Assembly: GCA_017512495.1 (NCBI GenBank)
Contig: JAFWGF010000045.1
Span: 2,202-66,201 of the forward strand
Reading direction: 5' to 3'
Source: Bacilli bacterium
GTDB taxonomy: Bacteria > Bacillota_I > Bacilli_A > RF39 > UBA660
DNA length: 64,000 bases
The position numbers were made by a program, and so were the translations under genes. How positions within the stretch are numbered: the first letter of the stretch is position 1; the number at the start of each line of letters is the position of its first letter. The notes under the pieces were generated by a model that saw nothing but the letters and a program-made list of their open reading frames with translations, made no database searches and had not been told where the DNA came from. Shown one piece after another: positions 17,844 through 25,211 of the stretch.

Positions 17844-19101
17844 AAAAGAATTTAAAAAATTTGCTGATAAACATCCTCAAATTACTTTTCATCAAACTGA
17901 AGAATGGGCTAATTTAAAGAAAACTAATGGTTGGGATGCATACTACTTAGGATTAAAAGATGACAAAAAAATAGTTGCTGGAGCATTAATTCTTTCTAAA
18001 ACCTTACCTGTTATTAAGAAGAAAATGTTTTATTCTCCTAGAGGTTTCTTAATTGATTATAATGATAGAAAACTATTAGAAGAGTTCACTAAAGAGATTA
18101 AAGAATTTGCTAAAAAAGAAGGAGCTATCTTTATAAAAATAGATCCTTATGTAGAATATCAAGAACATGATAATGATGGTAACGTCGTAGAAGACGGTTA
18201 TAATAACAAACAAGCTGTAGAAAACTTAAAATCTTTAGGATATAAGTTCTTTGGTTTTAACTTGATGCAAGATACATTACAACCTAGATGGATGCATGTT
18301 ATTGAGATTAATGGTCGTAGTGAAGATGAAGTTCAAAAAGATATGGAATCTAAAACTAGACAAATCTTAAGAAAGAATGAAAAATCTTGTATTAAAACTA
18401 GAGAAATAACTAGAGATGAATTACCAATCTTTAAAGAAATAATGGAACACACTGGTGATAGAAGAGACTTTGTAGATCGACCATTATCATACTATGAAGC
18501 TATGTGGGATAATCTATATGAGTCTGGTATATTAAAAATATTACTAGCAGATATAGATTTCAAAGAATATGAAAAAAATACTAAAAAAGAATTAGAAGAA
18601 ATAGAAAAATCTTTAAAAGATCGTATTTATAAACATGATAATAACTTATTAAAGATGAATGAAAAGAAATATGAATCTACTAATAAACAAGATAACGAGT
18701 CAATTGAACGTTTAAATAAACAAATTGATAAAATTAAAAGTTATCAACAGGAATATGGGGATAAAAAAAATCTAGGAACTATTTTATTCCTAGTATATGG
18801 TAACGAAGTATTATCATTATTTGGTGGTACAGATGATAATCTTATGCAATTTCAATCAGCGTACACTGTTCACTATGCAGGTATTAAATATGCAATTGAT
18901 CATGGCTATAAGAGATATAACTTTTATGGTATTACAGGTGACTTTAGAAAAGAAAACCCATTATTTGGACTATATCTATTCAAAAAGAGTTTTGGAGGTC
19001 ACGTAGTAGAGTTAATAGGTGAATATGACTTAGTTATTTCTAAATTCTGGTATACAACTTATAACTTAGCATTTAAGTTATATCATAAATTAAAAAAATA
19101 A
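17821..19101 (+). CDS. FemAB/MurM-family peptidoglycan interpeptide-bridge aminoacyltransferase (second copy)
   Basis: 426 aa, paralogous to the preceding gene (FHQTEEWANLK, YSPRGF, coiled-coil insert, GLYLFKKSFGG). 23-nt overlap with the upstream gene. Confidence 0.9.
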   Translation: MKLVNLTKKEFKKFADKHPQITFHQTEEWANLKKTNGWDAYYLGLKDDKKIVAGALILSKTLPVIKKKMFYSPRGFLIDYNDRKLLEEFTKEIKEFAKKEGAIFIKIDPYVEYQEHDNDGNVVEDGYNNKQAVENLKSLGYKFFGFNLMQDTLQPRWMHVIEINGRSEDEVQKDMESKTRQILRKNEKSCIKTREITRDELPIFKEIMEHTGDRRDFVDRPLSYYEAMWDNLYESGILKILLADIDFKEYEKNTKKELEEIEKSLKDRIYKHDNNLLKMNEKKYESTNKQDNESIERLNKQIDKIKSYQQEYGDKKNLGTILFLVYGNEVLSLFGGTDDNLMQFQSAYTVHYAGIKYAIDHGYKRYNFYGITGDFRKENPLFGLYLFKKSFGGHVVELIGEYDLVISKFWYTTYNLAFKLYHKLKK

Positions 19102-19126
19102 AATCTACTTTTTAAGTAGATTTTTT
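19100..19126. terminator. Bidirectional terminator shared by the convergent femAB-like and hydrolase operons
   Basis: Hairpin AAAATCTACTT-TTT-AAGTAGATTTT (19100-19124) with T runs on both strands. It overlaps both stop codons. Confidence 0.65.
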
Positions 19127-19921
19127 CTTTCCATATAAATCCCAATATTTTGAACTAGCACTCTTACCTCTATACGCTGCTTGAGAATCAGTATTAGCAG
19201 GTACTTCATAATTATAAGTCCAAATAGAAGCTGCATCATAAGCACCTTGTTTAGTATCAGGAATATTTTTTAATTTTTCATAGACACTGCTATTATAATC
19301 ATTTTTTAATTCATACATCATATAACTTAGTTGACCTTCTACAGAATTAACATCAAGATTATTTTCCTTACAGTAGTTTTTTAATTTAGACTTCCTCCCA
19401 GCATGCCATTGACATAATCCATATGAAGTTCCTCCATCACCATCAACAGCAACTTGAAATCCAGCTGACTCTACAGCAATATTAGCCATTATTCCACTAA
19501 TAACTGCTGAATTAAAACCTTGTTTTACTAAAAAAGCATAAACTTCATCTTGAGTTTTATTTCCTGTTACAACTAAAGGTGATCCTTTGACTATTTCTAA
19601 AGATCCATTATCTTTAATATTTAAAAATAATTGTTCAGCATCTTTATCGGCATTATTATAATTAATAATTGCTTGATCAATATAACTTTTGATAGTTGTA
19701 AAGTGATCAGTAATTAGCTCTATATTTGAATAAGCTTCTGTTAGCTTTTCCATACATGAATCAGCAACTGGACCAGCAAAAACAGCATCATTGTCCAAAC
19801 TTGTTTTAGCCTCATTGATAATTTCTTTCTGTTCACTCAATGAATCATTTAGAGTTGTAATTCTAGTGCCAGCATCATCAAACTTATTAGAATCAACTCC
19901 ACTTATATTAACATCAGGCAT
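19112..19921 (-). CDS. WXG100-like N-terminal helical domain fused to a phage-tail-lysozyme-type (Phage_lysozyme2-like) peptidoglycan hydrolase domain
   Basis: 269 aa with no signal peptide. Residues 1-100 are paralogous to the N-terminus of 19939-20769 (VFAGP turn at 47-51, YNNAD at 88-92). The C-terminal domain shows GIMANIAVESAGF ... YGLCQWHAGRK ... QLSYMMYEL. AAGGAG RBS. Confidence 0.8.
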   Translation of the reverse strand: MPDVNISGVDSNKFDDAGTRITTLNDSLSEQKEIINEAKTSLDNDAVFAGPVADSCMEKLTEAYSNIELITDHFTTIKSYIDQAIINYNNADKDAEQLFLNIKDNGSLEIVKGSPLVVTGNKTQDEVYAFLVKQGFNSAVISGIMANIAVESAGFQVAVDGDGGTSYGLCQWHAGRKSKLKNYCKENNLDVNSVEGQLSYMMYELKNDYNSSVYEKLKNIPDTKQGAYDAASIWTYNYEVPANTDSQAAYRGKSASSKYWDLYGKKKST

Positions 19922-19938
19922 CTAATCACTCCTTAGTA

Positions 19939-20769
19939 TCAATTACGTTTTGGAGTTGCATAGGCATATATATCTGACTTCTTTCTAGTTGTATGTTTTT
20001 CAACAACCCCACCATCATATTCATGACCATTTTTATAGGTGTTACCCTCTAAAGTAGTGACAGTACCATCACCATTATCTTTTATAATAAATCCAGTATG
20101 ATCAATAGATTTATCTCCATCAACATCAATAGTAAAAACATCCCCCGGTTGTGGAGTATAATCTACTTTATCAGTTACACCACGTTGTTTAGCTAATCCA
20201 CCATAATGAATTTCAGCCCCACCTTTTTTCATGTTTAATAGTATTCCTTCATTTTCATTTCCAGCTAAAGAAGACCACTCATAGTTATATCCATTATCTT
20301 TTAGCATCTTAGAAACGAAATCACCACACCAATTATTTGGTGTAAAATTACTATAATCATTTATATCCTTGCCAATCTGAGCATTTAAATAATCAACTAA
20401 ACTATTATCATTATCACTACCACTATCACTATTAGAAGAATTAACTTTAGTTACTACACCATCTTTGATATCTAAATATTCAACAGCTTTTTCATCGGCT
20501 TCACTATAATTACTAATTGACTGCTCAATATAACCTTTAATAACTGAAAAATTATCACATGTTGATTCAACAGCAGAGCAAACTTCTTGAAATTTTTCCA
20601 TAGCTTTTTCACAAAGTGGTCCAGCAAAAACAGCATCATTATCTAAATTTGTTTTGCAAAGCATAATTATGTCTTTTTGCTCTGATAATGCTTCAGTGAG
20701 TGTAGTAACTCTAGTAGCAGCTTCAGAAAACTTACCATAGTCAACACCACTTATATCAACATCCGGCAT
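19939..20769 (-). CDS. WXG100-like N-terminal helical domain fused to a CHAP amidase/endopeptidase domain
   Basis: 276 aa with no signal peptide. N-terminal 100 aa: MPDVDISGVD ... VFAGP ... YSEAD. A Ser/Asp/Asn linker follows. CHAP motifs: NNWCGDFVS (Cys), DHTGFI (His), EGNT. Confidence 0.85.
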   Translation of the reverse strand: MPDVDISGVDYGKFSEAATRVTTLTEALSEQKDIIMLCKTNLDNDAVFAGPLCEKAMEKFQEVCSAVESTCDNFSVIKGYIEQSISNYSEADEKAVEYLDIKDGVVTKVNSSNSDSGSDNDNSLVDYLNAQIGKDINDYSNFTPNNWCGDFVSKMLKDNGYNYEWSSLAGNENEGILLNMKKGGAEIHYGGLAKQRGVTDKVDYTPQPGDVFTIDVDGDKSIDHTGFIIKDNGDGTVTTLEGNTYKNGHEYDGGVVEKHTTRKKSDIYAYATPKRN

Positions 20770-20780
20770 TAAATCACCAC

Positions 20781-21071
20781 CTATATTTTGATTTGAGAAG
20801 CTAAATTATCTTCTTCTTTTTCAACAGCCGCAGCAAATTCTTTTAAAAATTCTCCAAAACTATTAATATATCCTGCACTTATAGCTGCTGACACTATTTC
20901 TGTATTATTTACTTGATTAAATTTAGTCTTTGCAGGACTATTCCATTCACTTAAATCGCTAGATATACTACCAGAATACGTTTTTAGCGAAGATTCCATA
21001 TCAGCTGCAGCTTCACATAACTTCTCGCCATTATTTCTAACCTCTTCAGTATCACATACAAACTTAGGCAT
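20781..21071 (-). CDS. Small WXG100/ESAT-6-like protein (96 aa)
   Basis: ATG 21071 overlaps the stop codon of the upstream gene (ATGCCTAA), and a GGAGATGG RBS is present. At 96 aa it has the typical WXG100 size, with a central EWNSP turn between two helix-like halves. The longer track ORF (to 21176) runs through the upstream gene in another frame. Confidence 0.6.
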   Translation of the reverse strand: MPKFVCDTEEVRNNGEKLCEAAADMESSLKTYSGSISSDLSEWNSPAKTKFNQVNNTEIVSAAISAGYINSFGEFLKEFAAAVEKEEDNLASQIKI

Positions 21072-22170
21072 TAATACCATCTCCGTTCTCAAATAATTCA
21101 CTTGCATCTGGTTTTTTCTCATCAGTATCTTTATTTTCTTCTTCCTGTACTTTATTACTATCAGACTCTTGTGCATTAGTAGCGTTATCTACAGACCCTT
21201 CTGTATTTTCTTCAACAACTGAAGATTCTGTTCCTTCTTCCTGTGCTTTATTACTATCAGAGTCTTGTTCATTAATAGCATTGCTTAACCCCTCTTTAAG
21301 TTTTCCTGAAACCCCAGCAGTTTCTTTTTCCATTTGAGGTGTATAACTCTGTTTACTACTTAAATTTTCAATTTTTGTGCCTTTTCCAACAATAGTATCA
21401 GCAAAGTCAGCTGCTTTAATTTCAGTCTGCTTATCATCAACTAAGACAAATACTTTTCCTGTGTTAGCTGCAGCTACTGTAGTAATTGCAACTACACACT
21501 CAACAACCTTATTATCAGAAGAAGTAAATCTTATCACATCTCCTACTTTACCAATTGATTCATCACAAGCAATAACATATCTATTACCAATCATCATATA
21601 ACCATTAGCATCAGTTGTTGTAACCTTATCTAAAACTTTTTTAGATTCAGCAGTAGTCTTATCCTTATTAACTATGGCATAAGACACGCTTTTAATATTT
21701 GGTTTATATTCTTTTTTATCATCATTTTCCTCAATAATTTTAAGTTTATTTTGCAGTTCTTCTTCCTCATTCTTTTTCTTCTTTTCAACATGAAAAGCAT
21801 GAGTAAATGAAGACGAAGAATTTGATGAACGATATGGAGAACCAGATGATGAAGATGATGAATCAGATGATGAACCAGGAGAAGTATCTTTTTTCTTCTT
21901 TTCATCTTCTGTCTTAGCATCTAGATCAATATTCTGTAAAGCTGTATGGCATTCAATAACACCATTTATTGCATTACTTGTATTTTGAATTCTTGTAACA
22001 AAAGAGCTTACATTAGAAGCTATTTTTGCCTTTGCACCAGCAAAATCAAATTCAGCACAACTTACATCATACCCGTTAACAGAATCCAATACATATTGAG
22101 CACCTTTAACACAATTTGCAATGGAATCTGAAACACCTGAAACTTTATCAGTATCTAATAAAAATTTCAT
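21064..22170 (-). CDS. WXG100-like N-terminal domain protein with Ser-rich linker, central globular domain and acidic repeat tail; function unknown
   Basis: 368 aa with no signal peptide. The first ~85 aa are helical with a DFAGAK turn. Then a poly-Ser linker (SSSDSSSSSSGSPYRSSNSSSS), a ~110 aa domain (GNRYVIACDESIGKVGDVIRF...), and two QxSDSNKxQEE repeats. Confidence 0.6.
   Translation of the reverse strand: MKFLLDTDKVSGVSDSIANCVKGAQYVLDSVNGYDVSCAEFDFAGAKAKIASNVSSFVTRIQNTSNAINGVIECHTALQNIDLDAKTEDEKKKKDTSPGSSSDSSSSSSGSPYRSSNSSSSFTHAFHVEKKKKNEEEELQNKLKIIEENDDKKEYKPNIKSVSYAIVNKDKTTAESKKVLDKVTTTDANGYMMIGNRYVIACDESIGKVGDVIRFTSSDNKVVECVVAITTVAAANTGKVFVLVDDKQTEIKAADFADTIVGKGTKIENLSSKQSYTPQMEKETAGVSGKLKEGLSNAINEQDSDSNKAQEEGTESSVVEENTEGSVDNATNAQESDSNKVQEEENKDTDEKKPDASELFENGDGINA
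21137..21280. repeat. Imperfect ~50 bp direct repeat with 96 nt period inside CDS 21064-22170
   Basis: TTCTTCCTGTACTTTATTACTATCAGACTCTTGTGCATTAGTAGC (from ~21139) matches TTCTTCCTGTGCTTTATTACTATCAGAGTCTTGTTCATTAATAGC (from ~21235). The 96 nt offset equals 32 codons. Confidence 0.8.
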
Positions 22171-22265
22171 TTAAACACCTCACTTGTTTAATCTTTATTG
22201 ATATAGCTCATTTTAATTTTTTCAAAAAAAGCTCTATATATTACAGCATAAAATTATAGTTGATT

Positions 22266-23210
22266 TTATGCATTATTTCCTGGCCAGCTATTATTATCAC
22301 TAAAAAGATTTTCAGAATTTAATACTGTACCATCTTTATCATGTATTTCTAAGTGTAAATGTGGTCCTGTAGTAACCCCAGTATTACCAGATTTGGCTAT
22401 TACATCACCAGCTCTTACCGTATCTCCAACTTTATAATAATTAGACTTTGATAAATGCGCATAAGTAACTTCTTTACCATCTGTCTGTCTTATTACTATT
22501 CTATTACCATATCCTCCATTATATCCAGCAGCAATCACTTCTCCATCATATAGCGAATGAACTTCAGTTCCTATATCTACAGCAATATCAGTACCCTTAT
22601 GGTTAGTACTTGCTCCAGCAGTTGGTTGACTTCTAGGTCCGACAGATGATGTAACAGGTGCATATATTCCTTTTGCAATTGGAAACACATAACCGCAGTT
22701 TGTAGAAACATATAAACTATCATCTCCTGGAGCAACAATTCCCAATGCAGTAACATCAACAGGAGCAATACTAATATCAGGCACTTCTCCTGCACTTATT
22801 GTTACTGCTGTTGCTTCAGTAATTGTGCTTGAACAAGCACTCTCCAGACTTGACTTAATCAATGCCTCTAAAGCTATTATATTAGCTTCACAAGTAGTTT
22901 TTTGCCCTAGCTCATATAGTACTGTATTGGTTTCATTCTTTTTTCTAGCAATAGCAAGTGCTGATTCAATTTCTTTTAACATCTCTTTTTGTTCAAGATA
23001 TTTACTGTACGTTTCACAGGCAGTCGCAAAAGAATCCATTCCAGAAGTAATACTAGAACATTCCCCAATAAAACTTTCAGCTTCTCCATTAAATTTATCA
23101 TAAGAATCGCCTTCCCAGCTACCGCTAAGATCTCCAATAAACCCTTTATAAGATCTAATAATTTCTAGTATATTTTTACTGTCTGTTCTTACTCTAGCAC
23201 CACTTTCCAT
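22266..23210 (-). CDS. WXG100-like N-terminal domain fused to an M23 (LytM/lysostaphin-type) metalloendopeptidase domain
   Basis: 314 aa with no signal peptide. The N-terminus contains LSGSWEGDSYDKF (a canonical W-x-G) followed by a second helix. The C-terminus has HKGTDIAV ... GNTGVTTGPHLHLEI (HxxxD and HxH M23 motifs). AGGTGA RBS. Confidence 0.85.
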   Translation of the reverse strand: MESGARVRTDSKNILEIIRSYKGFIGDLSGSWEGDSYDKFNGEAESFIGECSSITSGMDSFATACETYSKYLEQKEMLKEIESALAIARKKNETNTVLYELGQKTTCEANIIALEALIKSSLESACSSTITEATAVTISAGEVPDISIAPVDVTALGIVAPGDDSLYVSTNCGYVFPIAKGIYAPVTSSVGPRSQPTAGASTNHKGTDIAVDIGTEVHSLYDGEVIAAGYNGGYGNRIVIRQTDGKEVTYAHLSKSNYYKVGDTVRAGDVIAKSGNTGVTTGPHLHLEIHDKDGTVLNSENLFSDNNSWPGNNA

Positions 23211-23275
23211 AAAATCACCTACTCTAATACATATAATAACATTTTTTATTAATTTTTAAAACACTTATAAGCGTT

Positions 23276-24928
23276 TTACTTCTTAGTTAACACTCTTTTT
23301 AACACCATAATTATATCTTTTCCAAAAACTTTCTTAGTTAAACCTGTGAAATATGCATAAACAAAGTAAATTATAGCTCCTATAACTGCATAAACTAAAA
23401 TAATTACTAAATTATTAAGTCTAAATGTTGAATAAACAGGTATTACAAATTTAATAACACTTAATAGTAAAATCATAATTAAAGATCCACAAGTTATATC
23501 AACTAAATTCTTAACTAAATATTCAAACTTAATTTTATATTTCTTTTGTAATACAACCATACAAATAACAAAAGATAATAAATATCCTAAGATACTAGCT
23601 GTTATAAATCCATAATATGGAGGTAAATTCATATTACTAAAGGCAATCAATAAATTATGATTTAATAATAATTTTAATAAAACTCCACTAATCAAACTAA
23701 TAAAAACTACTTTATAGTCTTTTAATACTTGAATAATCGTAATAACACAAGTAAATAAACCAATTATAAGACCTAGGAAAATATAATAACTTAAAACACT
23801 AGGACCAAATACACTATCTCCATAAAATAAAGTCCAAATTGCTTTAGATAAAAAGCTTATTCCTAAAGTCATTGGTATTGTTAAAAACAATAAAACACTT
23901 AAAGCTTGATTAACTTTATTATTAACTTCTTTTTCTTGCTTCTTGACAACACTTTCAGTAACATTAGGTATTAAACTTACTATTACTCCTGTTGAAATAG
24001 CTAGAACAATCATATTAAATTTATTAGCCCATGTAGATAACATAGAATAAATTGTTTCTGCATCTACAGCACTATAATGAACAGAATTAACTAATCCCTT
24101 AACAACTGTAGTCATATCAATATAATTATAAGCTGTTTTGAACACATCTATCATGATAAATGGTATAGCATAATAAACAATTTTTCTAATAATAGCTTTA
24201 TCAGTTACAATTGGCTCATTAACTGGTCTTATTCTTTCATTAAACTTTCTATTATTTTTTAATTTTTTATAAACTAAATATAAGTAAGCTACTAATGCCC
24301 CCGCAGTAGCTCCGAATAAAGCCACTCCAACTGCTGTAGTTAAATCTAAATTAAATGTCTTTATAGCCATTAAACTTCCAAAAATAATTATTAATACTCT
24401 AACTATTTGTTCTAAAACTTGTGAAATTGAAGGAGCACTCATAAATCTATGACCTTCAAAATAACCACGATAAACACTTAATACTGGTACTACTAGAATC
24501 GCTGTTCCAATTACTCTAATAACTAAAGTAACATCTTCTAATGAATTACCTCCAGTTACATTACCCAATACTGCTTTAGCTAAACTAGGAGCAAATATTG
24601 TAATAATTAAAAAACAAATAATTCCCAATACTAAAGCAATTCTTTTACCAAGAATAAATACTCTTTTCTTAGTATTATAATAGCCTAAAGCTTGATACTC
24701 TGAAACAATTCTACTGATTGCAAGAGGAATACCAGCTGATGATAAAGACATAAATAACAAATAAATTGTATAAGCATATCCATAAAGAGCTCCACCTGTT
24801 TCACCAATAATTGCGTGAAAAGGAATTACATATAAAATACCTAATATCTTAGAAATAACAATTCCTAAAGTAGTAATAAAAGCTCCAGTAACAAAAGTAC
24901 TTTTTTTCATTGTAAGATCTTTTTTCAT
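23276..24928 (-). CDS. MOP-superfamily flippase of the MurJ / SpoVB / YtgP type
   Basis: ~550 aa with about 14 predicted TM segments. The N-terminus (TFVTGAFITTLGIVISKILGILYVIPF) is typical of the SpoVB/YtgP family. GGAGGAG precedes ATG 24928. Confidence 0.8.
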   Translation of the reverse strand: MKKDLTMKKSTFVTGAFITTLGIVISKILGILYVIPFHAIIGETGGALYGYAYTIYLLFMSLSSAGIPLAISRIVSEYQALGYYNTKKRVFILGKRIALVLGIICFLIITIFAPSLAKAVLGNVTGGNSLEDVTLVIRVIGTAILVVPVLSVYRGYFEGHRFMSAPSISQVLEQIVRVLIIIFGSLMAIKTFNLDLTTAVGVALFGATAGALVAYLYLVYKKLKNNRKFNERIRPVNEPIVTDKAIIRKIVYYAIPFIMIDVFKTAYNYIDMTTVVKGLVNSVHYSAVDAETIYSMLSTWANKFNMIVLAISTGVIVSLIPNVTESVVKKQEKEVNNKVNQALSVLLFLTIPMTLGISFLSKAIWTLFYGDSVFGPSVLSYYIFLGLIIGLFTCVITIIQVLKDYKVVFISLISGVLLKLLLNHNLLIAFSNMNLPPYYGFITASILGYLLSFVICMVVLQKKYKIKFEYLVKNLVDITCGSLIMILLLSVIKFVIPVYSTFRLNNLVIILVYAVIGAIIYFVYAYFTGLTKKVFGKDIIMVLKRVLTKK

Positions 24929-24983
24929 ATACTCCTCCACTATAATTATTTTATCATAAAAAAAAAGAAATTTCTTTCTTTTT

Positions 24984-25160
24984 CTAGTTATCAGTATAAA
25001 TAATTAAAGCAGAGAAACAGAAAACCTGCTCTTCACTAAAAATACTTACTGCTACTTGATACTTAATATCAATAACTTTAATATTCTTATTACTTATAAA
25101 ATTATTAATATCTTCTTCTAAATCCAATTCATCTTCATAATCAAATAATTTAACTTTCAT
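24984..25160 (-). CDS. Cse60-family small sporulation protein (58 aa; not in the supplied ORF track)
   Basis: The minus-strand ORF reads MKVKLFDYEDELDLEEDINNFISNKNIKVIDIKYQVAVSIFSEEQVFCFSALIIYTDN. The pattern (KxFD..HE.DLE..xN.F......IIDIKYQV......Q.YCFSA.IxY) matches my recollection of B. subtilis Cse60/YteV. Confidence 0.6.
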   Translation of the reverse strand: MKVKLFDYEDELDLEEDINNFISNKNIKVIDIKYQVAVSIFSEEQVFCFSALIIYTDN

Positions 25161-25211
25161 AAACTAATTATAATTAGTTTTATCCACAAAAAATGTTGAA
25201 AAAAGAGTCTT

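Noticed and set aside
20781-21176. 131-aa ORF as listed in the track (MHKSLIVIKYRKKK...)
   Set aside because: Its first 35 codons run out of frame through the 3' end of the well-supported 368-aa gene. An ATG at 21071, with an RBS and a stop/start overlap, gives a 96-aa WXG100-sized product, so I used the shorter form.
21377-22131. ORFs 21377-21601 (+), 21672-21920 (-, alternative frame) and 21946-22131 (+)
   Set aside because: All lie inside the 368-aa gene. The minus-strand one is the Ser-linker region read in another frame (His/Leu/Lys-rich low complexity). None has independent support.
22171-22265. Imperfect inverted repeats between the M23 gene and the next gene as an internal terminator
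   Set aside because: The pairing is poor (mismatched arms and an A/T palindrome) and no clean stem plus T run is present. It is more likely just AT-rich spacer, so operon continuity remains plausible.
22577-23103. ORFs 22577-22795 (-) and 22825-23103 (+) inside the M23 gene
   Set aside because: They are out of frame or antisense to a gene with clear WXG and M23 motifs.
19112-23210. Interpretation of the hydrolase cluster as a prophage lysis cassette or conjugative-element VirB1-like hydrolases
   Set aside because: I saw no holin-like small TM protein, phage structural or integrase genes, or conjugation genes nearby, and endolysins do not normally carry WXG-like hairpins. It is kept only as an alternative to exclude, not as the favoured reading.
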